NCBI GenBank assembly: GCA_041602035.1
Contig: JBFIHA010000004.1
Span: 71,888 to 135,887, forward strand
Reading direction: 5' to 3'
DNA length: 64,000 nucleotides
DNA from: Gemmatimonadales bacterium
GTDB taxonomy: Bacteria > Gemmatimonadota > Gemmatimonadetes > Gemmatimonadales > GWC2-71-9
Position numbers and translations under genes: made by a program
The notes under the pieces: generated by a model
Told to the model about the DNA's origin: nothing
Databases searched by the model: none
The model's input: only the letters and a program-made list of their open reading frames with translations
Part shown: piece by piece, positions 1 through 12,697 of the stretch
Layout of the letters: every line of letters starts with the position of its first letter
Numbering within the stretch: the stretch's first letter is position 1

Positions 1-564
1 CCGAATAAAGGGGGAATGCAGCTCTCGAAGAACGTCTTCCGCTTCCTTGGAGTCCGCTCCCACAACGACCCGGTCAGGCTTCATGAAATCATCGATAGCG
101 GCGCCCTCCTTCAGGAACTCGGGGCTGGAGCAGACGTGGAATCGCTCATTGGTGCGGGCCGCAATTGCTCGCCGGACCTTCTCGGCGGTCCCCACGGGCA
201 CGGTACTCTTTGTCACCACAATCTTGGGACTGTTCATGTGTTCGCCGATCGTCTCCGCCACCCGCAGTACGTGTTGGAGATCCGCAGATCCGTCTTCATC
301 TGGCGGCGTGCCAACTGCGATGATTACCACGTAGGATGCCTCAATGGCGGCTCCTACTTCCGTTGTGAAGCTCAGCCTACCGGCCTCCTGGTTCCCGACA
401 ACCAGGGGCTCGAGGCCGGGCTCATAGATCGGGATGCGATTCTCCTGAAGATCCTTGATCTTCCGCTCGTCAACGTCCGCACAAATCACGTCGTTACCGG
501 TCTCGGCGAGGCAGGCCCCGACCACCAGTCCAACGTACCCCGTTCCAATCACCGCTACCTTCAT
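1..564 (-). CDS. ugd: UDP-glucose 6-dehydrogenase, N-terminal 188 codons (gene runs off the left window edge)
   Basis: Absent from the ORF track because no stop lies in the window. I translated the minus strand from the ATG (complement of 562-564): MKVAVIGTGYVGLVVGACLAETGNDVICADVDERKIKDLQENRIPIYEPGLEPLV...IVVTKSTVPVGT...SSPEFLKEGAAIDDF. It has the GxGxxG Rossmann start and the PEFLKEG motif of the UDP-glucose/GDP-mannose dehydrogenase family. Confidence 0.85.
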   Translation of the reverse strand, partial: MKVAVIGTGYVGLVVGACLAETGNDVICADVDERKIKDLQENRIPIYEPGLEPLVVGNQEAGRLSFTTEVGAAIEASYVVIIAVGTPPDEDGSADLQHVLRVAETIGEHMNSPKIVVTKSTVPVGTAEKVRRAIAARTNERFHVCSSPEFLKEGAAIDDFMKPDRVVVGADSKEAEDVLRELHSPFIR

Positions 565-582
565 GCGTTCTCCTCGATCGGT

Positions 583-1869
583 CTACCGTTTGCCTGCCAG
601 TGCGTTGCGGGTGTCAATCACCCGTCGAGCTCGTTGGCCGATCATTGCGAAGTCCAGGACGCTATGATCGGTGGCGATCACCACGCAATCCGCCTCCGCT
701 ATACCTTCCGGCGTCATATCGACGCTGGTGAGGTCGATACCGTCCTCATGCAATTGCGGGACGTGAGGATCGTGGTAAGAGACTTCGGCCCCCTGCTGCA
801 GCAATAGTCGGATGATGTCGAGTGCTGGGCTTTCCCGTACGTCGTCAACGTCCTTCTTGTACGCCGCGCCGATCACGAGCACCTTAGACCGCCGCACCGA
901 CCTGGCATCCTCGTTCAAACGCTCCGCGACCTTGCGTACCCAGAACGCCGGCATCTCCGAGTTGACCTCACCCGCTACCTCGATGAACCGGGTCTTGTAA
1001 TTGAGCGAACGCATCTTCCACGCGAGATAGTGCGGATCGATAGGGATACAGTGCCCTCCGAGCCCGGGCCCGGGGGTGAACTTCATGAAACCGAATGGCT
1101 TGGTGGCCGCCGCCTCGATCACCTCCCATACATCGACGCCGAGACGGTCGCATACCATGGCCATTTCGTTGACTAGGCCGATGTTGACGCTGCGAAAGGT
1201 GTTCTCCAAGAGCTTGACAAGCTCAGCTGCCTCGGGAGAGGAAACCAGGACCAGCGTGTCGAAGACCGGACCATACAGCGCCTCCACCACCCGCTGGCAC
1301 GCCGTGGTCACTCCGCCGATGACCTTCGGCGTGTTCCGTGTCTGCCACGTGGGATTTCCAGGATCCACCCGTTCCGGACTGAACGCCAGGAACACGTCCC
1401 GTCCAACCTGCAATCCGCCGGCCTCGATTCGTGGGAGTAACAGCTCCCGTGTCGTTCCCGGGTACGTCGTGCTTTCCAGCACGATCAACTGGCCCGGTCG
1501 GATGCTCTTGGTGACCGCGTCTGCGGCACTCAACACGAACGAGACGTCAGGGTCCTTTGTCTTTGACAACGGGGTGGGAACGCAGATCGAAATCGCATCG
1601 ACGTCCTGTAATCGGTCCATGTCCGTTGTGGCCGAAAGCTTGCCTTCCTCCACCAGCTTGCCCAGCTCGGGAGTGGCGACATCCCTGACATGCGAATACC
1701 CCGCGTTGACCCCGCTCACAACGGAATCCCGTACGTCGAATCCGAGAACCGTGAAGCCGGCACGACCGATCTCTACGGTCAACGGCAGGCCAACATACCC
1801 CAGTCCAACGACGCCGAAAGATGCGGTACGATCGTGCGCTTTCCTGAGCAACACTTCCTCAGTCTTCAT
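583..1869 (-). CDS. wbpA: UDP-N-acetyl-D-glucosamine (or ManNAc) 6-dehydrogenase, WbpA/WecC-like
   Basis: 428-aa ORF. Motifs: VVGLGYVGLPL Rossmann start, VPTPL, GLGGHCIPIDP catalytic Cys. Lies directly upstream of WbpB/E/D-like genes. Confidence 0.75.
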   Translation of the reverse strand: MKTEEVLLRKAHDRTASFGVVGLGYVGLPLTVEIGRAGFTVLGFDVRDSVVSGVNAGYSHVRDVATPELGKLVEEGKLSATTDMDRLQDVDAISICVPTPLSKTKDPDVSFVLSAADAVTKSIRPGQLIVLESTTYPGTTRELLLPRIEAGGLQVGRDVFLAFSPERVDPGNPTWQTRNTPKVIGGVTTACQRVVEALYGPVFDTLVLVSSPEAAELVKLLENTFRSVNIGLVNEMAMVCDRLGVDVWEVIEAAATKPFGFMKFTPGPGLGGHCIPIDPHYLAWKMRSLNYKTRFIEVAGEVNSEMPAFWVRKVAERLNEDARSVRRSKVLVIGAAYKKDVDDVRESPALDIIRLLLQQGAEVSYHDPHVPQLHEDGIDLTSVDMTPEGIAEADCVVIATDHSVLDFAMIGQRARRVIDTRNALAGKR

Positions 1870-1890
1870 TCGTCACCTAGCTCCGCGCCT

Positions 1891-2895
1891 TCACGGCTCA
1901 ACCGCAGTTCCATGCGCTGACAGCGATTCGGATGCAGCCTCCAAGATTCGAACAACCAATACACCCTCTAGAGCGCCGATTCGCGGCTGCTCCTCTCTGC
2001 GAGCGACTCGCATGAAGTGGCGCAACTCTGCGCTCAACGGCTCCACGTTGGGGATCCTGGGAATCGTGATGTCCCCTTCACGCACCGCCAAGCTCTCTCC
2101 GTATGAGCCGTACTCGGGAGGCCGACTGACCCCCTTGTCATAGATGCGTAGTTTCTCTCGCGGCTCCATATCGTCGAGCACGACCATCCGCTTGGATCCC
2201 ACTACTGTGAGCCGCCGCTCTTTTCGCGGATCCAGCCATGACATCTGGACGTGCACCATGACGCCAGAGCCGAACTGCATGGTCATGAACACCACGTCCT
2301 CGATCCCGGGCTGGAGGTAGCTCTTCCCCTGCGCTGAGACCCTCACCGGACGCTCGCCAAGCAACTCCAGTGCCACCGAGATGTCGTGGGGCCCGAAGCT
2401 CCATAGCGCGTTCTCGTCGGGGCGGACCTGGCCGAGATTCACGCGTTGGCTGTACAGGTAGTAGACCTCTCCAAGCTCCCCCGCCTCGATCATCGCCTTG
2501 AGCCGCTCCACCGCTGGATGAAACACGAGAAGGTGGCCCACGAGGAGTGGTACGCTCTTCGATTCGGCTGCCTCGGCCACCGAGTCGGCCTCCTGTCTGG
2601 ACAACGCGAAGGGCTTTTCGACCAGGACTGTCAACCCGCGTTCGATGGCCTGGAGCGCGAGGGCGGCATGGCTCGCTGCCGGGGTGGCCACCACGACTGC
2701 TTCGGCCACGTCCAGTGCATTTTCCACCGAGTCGGTGACGAGTACCCCGGGGTATGAGCGCGCCATCACCTGCCTGACGGCTGCATCCGGATCGCAGATA
2801 CCGACCAGGTCGGCCTCCGGCAGAGCAGCCAGTGTGCGAACATGGTTCCGGCCCCAGTTGCCGGCACCGAGCACTGAGACCTTGACCTTCTTCAT
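1891..2895 (-). CDS. wbpB: Gfo/Idh/MocA-family oxidoreductase, WbpB-like (UDP-GlcNAcA 3-dehydrogenase)
   Basis: 334 aa. Starts VSVLGAGNWGRNHV, contains the EKP motif (LVEKPFAL). Sits between wbpA-like and wbpE-like genes and overlaps the next gene by 4 nt. Confidence 0.7.
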   Translation of the reverse strand: MKKVKVSVLGAGNWGRNHVRTLAALPEADLVGICDPDAAVRQVMARSYPGVLVTDSVENALDVAEAVVVATPAASHAALALQAIERGLTVLVEKPFALSRQEADSVAEAAESKSVPLLVGHLLVFHPAVERLKAMIEAGELGEVYYLYSQRVNLGQVRPDENALWSFGPHDISVALELLGERPVRVSAQGKSYLQPGIEDVVFMTMQFGSGVMVHVQMSWLDPRKERRLTVVGSKRMVVLDDMEPREKLRIYDKGVSRPPEYGSYGESLAVREGDITIPRIPNVEPLSAELRHFMRVARREEQPRIGALEGVLVVRILEAASESLSAHGTAVEP

Positions 2896-4007
2896 CGGTA
2901 GAACTCCGCCACCGCCTCGATGACCGCCTCCTGCTGCGATGGAGTCAGCTCCGGATAGACCGGCAGGGACAACACTTCGTCACTGGCCCGCTCCGCCTCC
3001 GGCAATCGCCCGCGCTCGTAACCCAGCGGAGCAAAGCACGGCTGGAGATGCAGGCATTGAGGATAGTAGACCGCCGAGCCAATCCCTCGGGCCATCAGAT
3101 GGTCCCGCAGAGCGTCACGCCGATCCGCCCGAACCGTATACTGGTGGTAGGTGTGCTCATTTGTGGGATCGGCCATGGGTGAGGTAACCCCATCGATCGC
3201 GGCCAGCGCCGTGTCGTATCGCTGAGCGTGCTTCCGCCTGGCCGCGTTCCACACGTGGAGGTGTCGCAGCTTCACCAGCAGTACCGCGGCCTGCACCGTG
3301 TCCAAGCGGCTATTGGTTCCCACTTCGTCATGATGGTATTGCTTCGCCCCGCCATGCGTGCGGAGACGGCGCAGCCGATCCGCAAGCGCCTGATCCTGCG
3401 TGACGATCATCCCCCCATCTCCCCACCCACCGAGGTTCTTGCTCGGAAAGAACGAGAAGGCGGCGGTCGTTCCCAACTCTCCAGCCATTCGCCACGCACC
3501 ATCGATCCGGCGCCTCGCGCCGATGGCCTGCGCCGCATCTTCGATCACGGCGAGCCCGTGCTTGTCGGCAAGCGGTAGCAGGGACTCCATCGGTGCCATC
3601 TGACCGAACAAATGCACCGGGACGATCGCCCGGGTGCGCTCACGGACGTTCCGTGCCACTTGGGCCACGTCCAAATTGAACGTGACAGGGTCAATGTCGA
3701 CGAACACAGGCGTGCCACCAGCATTTGTGATGGCACCCGCAGTCGCAAAGAAGGTGAATGGCGAGGTGATGACCTCATCGCCGGGCTTGAGATCCAGCGT
3801 CTTGAGTGAAAGGAGCAATGCGTCAGTCCCCGAGGCGCATCCAATCCCGAAGCGCGCGTGGCTGAATTCCGCCACCGCTTCCTCGAGCTGCGTCACCGCC
3901 TCACCCATGATGAACCGCTGGGACTCCACGACGCCGAGGAGGGCCGGGATCACCTCGTCACGAATGGCATCGAACTGCGGGCGGAGGTCCAGCAACGGGA
4001 CGTTCAC
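2892..4007 (-). CDS. wbpE: DegT/DnrJ/EryC1/StrS aminotransferase, WbpE-like
   Basis: 371 aa. Sugar aminotransferase family features: GDEVITSPFTFFAT and the PLP-lysine region SFFPSKNLG. Confidence 0.8.
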   Translation of the reverse strand: MNVPLLDLRPQFDAIRDEVIPALLGVVESQRFIMGEAVTQLEEAVAEFSHARFGIGCASGTDALLLSLKTLDLKPGDEVITSPFTFFATAGAITNAGGTPVFVDIDPVTFNLDVAQVARNVRERTRAIVPVHLFGQMAPMESLLPLADKHGLAVIEDAAQAIGARRRIDGAWRMAGELGTTAAFSFFPSKNLGGWGDGGMIVTQDQALADRLRRLRTHGGAKQYHHDEVGTNSRLDTVQAAVLLVKLRHLHVWNAARRKHAQRYDTALAAIDGVTSPMADPTNEHTYHQYTVRADRRDALRDHLMARGIGSAVYYPQCLHLQPCFAPLGYERGRLPEAERASDEVLSLPVYPELTPSQQEAVIEAVAEFYR

Positions 4008-4037
4008 AAGGCCCTCAAATGCAAGAGAGGCAGTAAC

Positions 4038-4652
4038 TTACACACGTCGATCCGGGTCGGCAATTGACTCCAACCGTCCTTCTCGCTCGCGGTACGCAGC
4101 CCCACATCGATCGCACCTCCCCAGCCCATCATTCACATGCAGCCGTACACCACATTGGCACATCCAACCCACACGTCGCGCGGGCACGCCGACCATGAGC
4201 GCGTATGGTGGGACATTCGACGTCACCACCGCACCTGCCCCAATGAAGGCATACTCCCCGAGCGTAACCCCGCACACGACCGTGGCATTCGCGCCGATGG
4301 ACGCTCCGCGACGCACGAGCGTCGTCACGTACTCACCCTTACGTGACACGTGGCTTCTCGGGGTCGTCACATTCGTGAACACACACGAGGGCCCGCAAAA
4401 CACATCGTCTTCCAATACCACGCCCTCGTAGATCGACACGTTGTTCTGAATCTTCACGTTGTTGCCGATCTTGGTACCGGGCATGACGACGACATTTTGC
4501 CCAAGGCTACAACGCTCACCGATCTCCGCCCCGGGCATCACATGACAAAAATGCCAGATCTTGGTGCCCTTGCCGACAACCGCCCCGTCATCGACATACG
4601 AGCTTTCATGAACGCTATAGTCAGACAACTCAGTCTCCACCAAACAGAGCAA
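4038..4652 (-). CDS. wbpD: Hexapeptide-repeat N-acetyltransferase, WbpD-like
   Basis: 204 aa. Left-handed beta-helix repeats ([24 protein letters not shown]...[25 protein letters not shown]). Follows wbpE. Confidence 0.75.
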   Translation of the reverse strand: MLCLVETELSDYSVHESSYVDDGAVVGKGTKIWHFCHVMPGAEIGERCSLGQNVVVMPGTKIGNNVKIQNNVSIYEGVVLEDDVFCGPSCVFTNVTTPRSHVSRKGEYVTTLVRRGASIGANATVVCGVTLGEYAFIGAGAVVTSNVPPYALMVGVPARRVGWMCQCGVRLHVNDGLGRCDRCGAAYREREGRLESIADPDRRV

Positions 4653-4701
4653 GCATTCACTCGCCGTCCACCACTCCGCCCCCCAATTCCCGCTTCCCGC
4701 T

Positions 4702-5793
4702 TCATTCCACCACCTTCACCTCCAACACCAACTGTACACCGTACTCCTGATACACACGCGCTCGCACCGTCTCAATCACCGATAGGACGTCCTTCGCGGT
4801 CGCGCCGCCAACGTTGATGATATAATTGGCATGCTTCCTCGACACTTCGGCCCCGCCAACCCGAAGCCCCTTGAGTCCCAACCCGTCAATCAGCTGGCCG
4901 GCGGTGCGCGGCCCACCGGCCGGCAGGGACTCAGCCGGGGGATTGCGGAACACCGAACCACAGCAGGGCTCGTTGAACGGCGTGCCGGCCTTGCGCCACC
5001 GGAAATGCTGCACCACGTCCTTTTCGAGATCGACCGGATCTGCAGGCTCGAGCACCAGCGTCGCGGACAGCACGACGGTGCCGTCGAGGCCACTCCCCCG
5101 ATACCGCCACCTGATGTCGCGCCCCAGCACGGTGCGTCGACTGCCATCCCCTTCCACGACCTCGACTTCTGCTACTGCGGAGGCGAAATCCTGCCCGTGG
5201 GCCCCCGCGTTCATGAACACGCCACCGCCCACCGTGCCCGGCACTCCAACCAAGCGATGGACGCCGGAGCGCCCGGCCCTTGCGGTCCGACGGGCCAACA
5301 GGGGGGTCGGAAGACCCGCACCGGCACGCCACCGTGTGTCGTCGCCACCGATCGCGGTTGCCAATCGATCCAGTCCTTTGCCCAAGCGGACGACGATACC
5401 GTCGAATCCCGCGTCCGACACGAGCATGTTCGAGCCGAGCCCCAACGCGAGCCATCGGCATCCGTTGTGGACGGCAAAGCGGACCGACTCGACGACATCA
5501 TCCTCCGACGAGGGGAATACCAGAGCGGATGCGGGGCCGCCGATGCGGTAGGTGGTGTACGGCGCGAGCGGTTCGTCGTATCGTACCTGCCCCGCGATCC
5601 GACCAGCCAGCTCCCGTAGCGCCTTCGGATGCAACGTGCGCTCCGCTAGCCGCGTGACGTCACATCGGCGGCCGTGCTCCGAGCGGTACGGGCGTGTGGC
5701 CCGTCGCGGAGCAGGCTGTGCGCAAGCTGGTACCACTCCTGCAGGCAGCGCACGCTCCCGTCCCGGCTCTTGAGCGCCAATACGGCGTCGCAC
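4702..5793 (-). CDS. murB: UDP-N-acetylenolpyruvoylglucosamine reductase; start codon uncertain
   Basis: Contains [26 protein letters not shown]...[10 protein letters not shown], matching the MurB FAD-binding domain. The longest ORF starts at GTG 5793 and overlaps the carB 3' end. An in-frame GTG also lies at 5736. Confidence 0.85.
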   Translation of the reverse strand: MRRRIGAQEPGRERALPAGVVPACAQPAPRRATRPYRSEHGRRCDVTRLAERTLHPKALRELAGRIAGQVRYDEPLAPYTTYRIGGPASALVFPSSEDDVVESVRFAVHNGCRWLALGLGSNMLVSDAGFDGIVVRLGKGLDRLATAIGGDDTRWRAGAGLPTPLLARRTARAGRSGVHRLVGVPGTVGGGVFMNAGAHGQDFASAVAEVEVVEGDGSRRTVLGRDIRWRYRGSGLDGTVVLSATLVLEPADPVDLEKDVVQHFRWRKAGTPFNEPCCGSVFRNPPAESLPAGGPRTAGQLIDGLGLKGLRVGGAEVSRKHANYIINVGGATAKDVLSVIETVRARVYQEYGVQLVLEVKVVE

Positions 5794-8700
5794 GCGGCAC
5801 TCGCCGCCGACATGGTCGTGATGTACGGCACGCGATGGTGGATCGCCGCGCGGCGAATGAGGTAGTCATCCCGCTGCGTCAGCTTGCCAAGGGGCGTGTT
5901 GACGAGGAGTTGGACAGCGCCGGAAACGACAAGGTCTACCGGATTCGGCCGCCCCTCATGGATCTTGAGGATCCGCTCACTCGGCACCCCTCGCAACCGC
6001 AGATACCGAGCGGTCCCCTCCGTCGCCACGATCTTGAAGCCCATCTCGTGAAACCGGCGAACGATCGGGAGCACGGTGGGCTTGTCGTAGTCGTTGACGG
6101 TCACAAAGACGGTGCCCTCCAAGGGAAGGGCATCGCCGACGGCGGTCTGGGCCTTGGCGAACGCCATGCCAAAGCTGTCCGCTACACCCATGACCTCTCC
6201 CGTGGAGCGCATTTCCGGGCCGAGGATGACGTCGACATTGGGCAGCTTCGAGAACGGGAAAACCGCCTCCTTCACCGCCACGTAGGGAATGGCAGGTTCG
6301 TCGGTCAGGCCCAGCTCCTGCAGGCGCTTCCCGCTCATCACGCCAGCAGCGAGCTTCGCCAACGGAGCCCCCGTTGCCTTGCTCACAAACGGCAAGGTCC
6401 GTGATGCCCGCGGATTCACCTCGAGCACGTAGACCACGCCGTCCTTGACGGCAAACTGCACGTTGATGACGCCAACCACGCCAAGTGCCTTCGCGAACGC
6501 CTTGGTGTGTGCTCGCATCGCGTCGATCGCCGGCTCGGCCAACAGATATGGCGGCAGCACACATGCCGAATCGCCAGAGTGCACGCCGGCGTCCTCGATG
6601 TGTTGCATCACGCCACCGATGACACAGTGCTCGCCGTCAGCGATGGCATCGACGTCGGCCTCGAACGCGTCCTCCAGAAACCGATCAATCAGCACCGGGT
6701 GCTGGGGAGAGGCCCGCGCTGCCTTGGCGAAGTAGTTGCGCAGCGCTTGTTCGTCGTAAACGATTTCCATGGCGCGTCCACCGAGCACGTACGACGGCCG
6801 CACGAGCACCGGGTACCCCACCTCGTTGGCAACCGCGATCGCCTCCTCCAAGTTTACGACGGTCCCGTTGGGCGGTTGCGTCACGCCGAGCGTCCGGGCG
6901 AGCGCATCGAATCGTCGGCGGTCTTCGGCCAGATCGATGGCTTCGGGACTGGTGCCAAGGATCGGAATGGCGGCGGCCTCCAGGCCCTTGGCGAGCTTGA
7001 GCGGCGTCTGCCCACCGAGTTGGACGACCACCCCCTTGGGTTGCTCCAATCGCACAATTTCGAGCACATCTTCCAGCGTGAGCGGCTCGAAGTAGAGCTT
7101 GTCCGAGATGTCGAAATCGGTGGAGACCGTCTCCGGGTTGGAGTTGATCATGATGGTCCGGTGTCCCAATTCTCGAAACGACAGACCGGCCCGCACGCAG
7201 CAGTAGTCGAACTCCACGCCTTGGCCGATCCGATTGGGGCCGCTCCCAAGGATGACCACCCCGTCGCTGCCGAGAGGCACGGATTCGTTCTCCTCCTCAT
7301 ACGAGGAGTAGTAGTAGGGCGTGGCCGAGGGAAACTCGCCGGCGCACGTATCTACGACCTTGTAGCCGGGATGGATTGCGAGCGCCCAGCGCCGTTCGCG
7401 TATCTGGTGCTCCGAGACGCCGCGGGCATCTCCCAACTGCCGATCGGAGAACCCCAACCGCTTCATCTCTCGCATCAGTGGGGGGTCGATATCCGGTGCC
7501 GCAGCGAATCGTCGCTCGGCATCGAGTAGCTCCTCCAGCTGCGACAAGAACCACGGATCGATACCGGTAAGCTCAGCGATCGTGTCCACGGGGATGCCGG
7601 CGAGCATCGCCCGCTTGATCTGAAAGATCCGTTCCGGGGTCGGTGTTCGAAGCGCAACACGGATCTCATCCGGATCGTCGGACTCCAATCGGTCGTCGGA
7701 GAGCGTGGCCCCGATCACCCACCCCGGGCGGTCGATCTCCAACGAGCGGAGGCCCTTTTGGAACGCCTCCTTGAACGTGCGGCCGATGGCCATGGACTCG
7801 CCTACCGACTTCATTTGCGTCGTGAGCCGAAAATCGGCCGTCGGGAACTTCTCAAAGGCGAACCGCGGGAACTTCGCCACCACATAATCGAGCACGGGCT
7901 CAAACGATGCCGGCGTGGTCTTCGTGATGTCGTTAGGGAGCTCGTCGAGCGTGTAGCCCACGGCCAGCTTCGTGCCGATCCGCGCGATCGGGAATCCCGT
8001 GGCTTTCGACGCCAGGGCCGACGAGCGGGAGACCCGCGGATTCATCTCGATCGTGAGCATTTCACCGGTCCGCGGATCCAGCGCAAACTGGATGTTGCAC
8101 CCGCCCGCATCCACGCCCACTTCGCGGATGATCGCAATAGCGGCATCCCGCATCACCTGGTATTCCCGGTCGGTGAGCGTCATCGCAGGTGCCACGGTGA
8201 TCGAATCTCCGGTGTGCACCCCCATGGGATCCATGTTTTCGATCGAGCACACGATCACCACGTTGTCGCGGTGGTCCCGCATGACCTCGAGTTCGAACTC
8301 TTTCCACCCGAGCACCGACCGCTCGACGAGCGCCGACTGCACTGGCGAGAGGTCCAGCGCTCGTTTGATCAGATCTTCGTACTCCTCGACGTTGTACGCG
8401 ACGCCACCGCCCGTGCCCCCGAGGGTGAACGACGGACGGATGATGGCCGGATACCCAACGTCCTCGATGCACCGGAGTGCCTCATCTTTCGAGCTCACGA
8501 CCGCCCCGGTGGGCACCGCGAGCCCAATGCGCTGCATCGCGGCACCGAATTCCCTGCGGTCCTCCGCGATGCGGATCGCGCGCTCGTCCGCCCCGATTAG
8601 CTCGACACCGAACCGCTCCAGGGTGCCATCCTGGACCAGCGCCATCGCCACGTTCAGTGCCGTCTGCCCACCCATCGTCGGGAGGAGGGCGTCCGGACGT

Positions 8701-8925
8701 TCCTGCTCGATCACCTTGGCCACCCACTCGGGCGTCACGGGCTCGACATAGGTCCGATCGGCGAGCTCCGGATCGGTCATGATCGTCGCAGGATTGGAGT
8801 TCACCAGAATGACCCGGTATCCCTCCTCTTTCAGCGCCTTCACGGCCTGGGTTCCCGAGTAATCGAACTCGGCCGCTTGGCCGATCACGATGGGCCCGGA
8901 CCCGATCAGCAAGATGCTTTCGAGG

Positions 8926-8942
<17 letters not shown>
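5646..8942 (-). CDS. carB: Carbamoyl-phosphate synthase large subunit
   Basis: 1098 aa. Duplicated ATP-grasp halves ([24 protein letters not shown]... and [22 protein letters not shown]...) plus a C-terminal MGS-like domain. Confidence 0.97.
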
Positions 8943-10838
<1,896 letters not shown>

Positions 10839-10886
10839 CTACACCTGCCCTTGATAGGAGGGTCGGGCTGGACGGTCGGCGACGAG

Positions 10887-10915
10887 TTGTACCGAGCGGA
10901 TACAGGGATTAAATT
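10887..10915 (+). promoter_or_regulatory. Candidate sigma70-type promoter of rpmB (TTGTAC-N17-TAAATT)
   Basis: Hexamers read directly at 10887-10892 and 10910-10915, about 50 nt upstream of the rpmB ATG, in a locally AT-richer stretch. Confidence 0.4.
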
Positions 10916-10964
10916 GCATGGTTACCCAAAGTACGAACAGCACAACGGTTCAAGGCGATCTCTC

Positions 10965-11183
10965 ATGGCACGCATCTGCGACGTCTGTGGCAAGGGACCG
11001 ACATTCGGTCACAACGTGAGCCACGCGAACAACAAAACCAACCGTCGCTGGTACCCCAACCTCCAGCGGGTACGGGCACTCGTCAACGGCGAGGTGAAGC
11101 GGCTCCGGGTCTGTGCCCAGTGCATCAAGTCGAACAAAGTGACCAAGGCTCCGAGACGTCCCGCATCGATTCCGACGTCGTAA
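10965..11183 (+). CDS. rpmB: 50S ribosomal protein L28
   Basis: Internal ATG at 10965 of ORF 10569..11183 gives [56 protein letters not shown], the canonical L28 sequence. Confidence 0.93.
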   Translation: MARICDVCGKGPTFGHNVSHANNKTNRRWYPNLQRVRALVNGEVKRLRVCAQCIKSNKVTKAPRRPASIPTS

Positions 11184-11208
11184 CGTCCTTCCTGCAACCG
11201 GCGAGCCA

Positions 11209-11245
11209 ACAAAAACGGGGACCTGTGGGTCCCCGTCGTATTTCG
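11209..11245. terminator. Bidirectional intrinsic terminator between convergent rpmB and rplQ
   Basis: 9-bp stem ACGGGGACC/GGTCCCCGT with loop TGTG (11215-11236). Flanked by AAAAA on one side and a T-rich tract (CGTATTT) on the other. Confidence 0.7.
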
Positions 11246-11259
11246 TGGTCAGCACCTCG

Positions 11260-11616
11260 TCACTCGCTCAGCAGCTCGATCCTCGCCAACTCCGCGCCGT
11301 CCCCCCGGCGGTGGCCCAGCTTGAGAATCCTGGTGTAGCCGCCGGGCCGGCTCGCAAACCGCGGCCCAATCTCCTGAAACAGACGCCCCGAGACACTACG
11401 GTCGCGTATGTGCCGCTCCACCTGCCTCCTGGCGTGGAGATCACCACGCCGGGCCAGGGTAATGAGCCGCTCCGCGAACGGCCGAAGCTCCTTCGCCTTG
11501 GCTGTCGTGGTCACCACCTGCTCGTGCCTGAACAACGACGAGGCCATGTTGCGAAGCAGGGCCCGCCGGTGGGCGACCGTCCGACCGAGCTGGCGTCCCT
11601 TGTGCTGATGCCGCAT
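11260..11616 (-). CDS. rplQ: 50S ribosomal protein L17
   Basis: From the internal Met: MRHQHKGRQLGRTVAHRRALLRNMASSLFRHEQVVTTTAKAKELRPFAERLITLA. The upstream extension in the track overlaps the rpoA end and is unlikely to be real. Confidence 0.93.
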   Translation of the reverse strand: MRHQHKGRQLGRTVAHRRALLRNMASSLFRHEQVVTTTAKAKELRPFAERLITLARRGDLHARRQVERHIRDRSVSGRLFQEIGPRFASRPGGYTRILKLGHRRGDGAELARIELLSE

Positions 11617-11620
11617 CGGA

Positions 11621-12694
11621 TCAGCCCTCCACCGGCTCCTGGCCGACCGGCTCGACGTCACCGCCGATGGCCGCTGGTACGGAGCCTTCGTCAACCACGA
11701 TCAGCTCGCCGTTCCGCTCCTCGAACTGCATGCCGAAATTCAGGCCCTCGCGCCTGAGCATCTCGGCGATCTCGCCGAGGGCTTTCTCACCGACGTTCTT
11801 GACCTTCAGCAGGTCGTCCTCGGTGTAGGTCACCAGGTCGCCCAGGGTGCTGATGCTCGAGTTCTTGAGCGAGTTGATCGAACGCACGGACAGGCCACAG
11901 TCATCGATGGGCTTCGCAAGCTGCTCGCGGAGCGACGTGCCACCCTCTCCGGCAGCCCGGACGTCCACATTGGGGGCCGTCGGAACCTCGCCAAAATCGA
12001 TGAAGTGTCGGAAATGCTCCTGCAACAGCGCGGCGGCGTACGCGACGGAGTCCTCGGGCGCGATCGCGCCGTTGGTCTCCACGGCCAGCGTCAGACTGTC
12101 GAAGTCCGTCCGCTGGCCGACACGGGTCTCGTGCACCGTGAAGTTCGCCCGACGCACGGGGTTGTAGAGCGCATCGATGCGCACCAGATCCACGGGCAGC
12201 GAGCGGTCCACTTCGTGTTGAGCAGCTTCGACGTATCCTCGCCCTTTGCGCACGTACAACTCGCCGGTCACCTCGCGATCCTCCTGGAGCGTGAACAGCA
12301 CGTGATCCGGATACACCAGCTCGACCGCCGGGTGCGGCTGGATGCTGCGCGCTGTGACCGGGCCGGCCTTCGAGGCCTTGAGCTGCAGAATAGCCTCGGT
12401 ATGGTCGCCCTGCATCACCAACGTCAGCGTCTTGAGCCGCTGGATGATTTGGTGGATGTCCTCGACCACCGCTGGCACCGTCTGGTGCTCGTGAACCACG
12501 CCCTCGAGCCGAAACGCCCACACGGCCGTTCCAGGAAGCGAGGAGAGCAACATGCGCCGCAACGCGTTGCCCAGCGTGTACCCGTACCCCCGCTCGAGCG
12601 GCTGGAGCCGGAACTCCGCCGCGAACGGCATACCGTCCCGCTTGGTCATTTCGACGACGTGGGGACGCACCAATCCAGAGAGATCGACTGTCAT
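11621..12694 (-). CDS. rpoA: DNA-directed RNA polymerase alpha subunit
   Basis: 357 aa. Contains PLERGYGYTLGNALRRMLLSSLPG, and a C-terminal domain with LSVRSINSLKN...VGEKALGEI. Confidence 0.97.
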   Translation of the reverse strand: MTVDLSGLVRPHVVEMTKRDGMPFAAEFRLQPLERGYGYTLGNALRRMLLSSLPGTAVWAFRLEGVVHEHQTVPAVVEDIHQIIQRLKTLTLVMQGDHTEAILQLKASKAGPVTARSIQPHPAVELVYPDHVLFTLQEDREVTGELYVRKGRGYVEAAQHEVDRSLPVDLVRIDALYNPVRRANFTVHETRVGQRTDFDSLTLAVETNGAIAPEDSVAYAAALLQEHFRHFIDFGEVPTAPNVDVRAAGEGGTSLREQLAKPIDDCGLSVRSINSLKNSSISTLGDLVTYTEDDLLKVKNVGEKALGEIAEMLRREGLNFGMQFEERNGELIVVDEGSVPAAIGGDVEPVGQEPVEG

Positions 12695-12697
12695 AGT

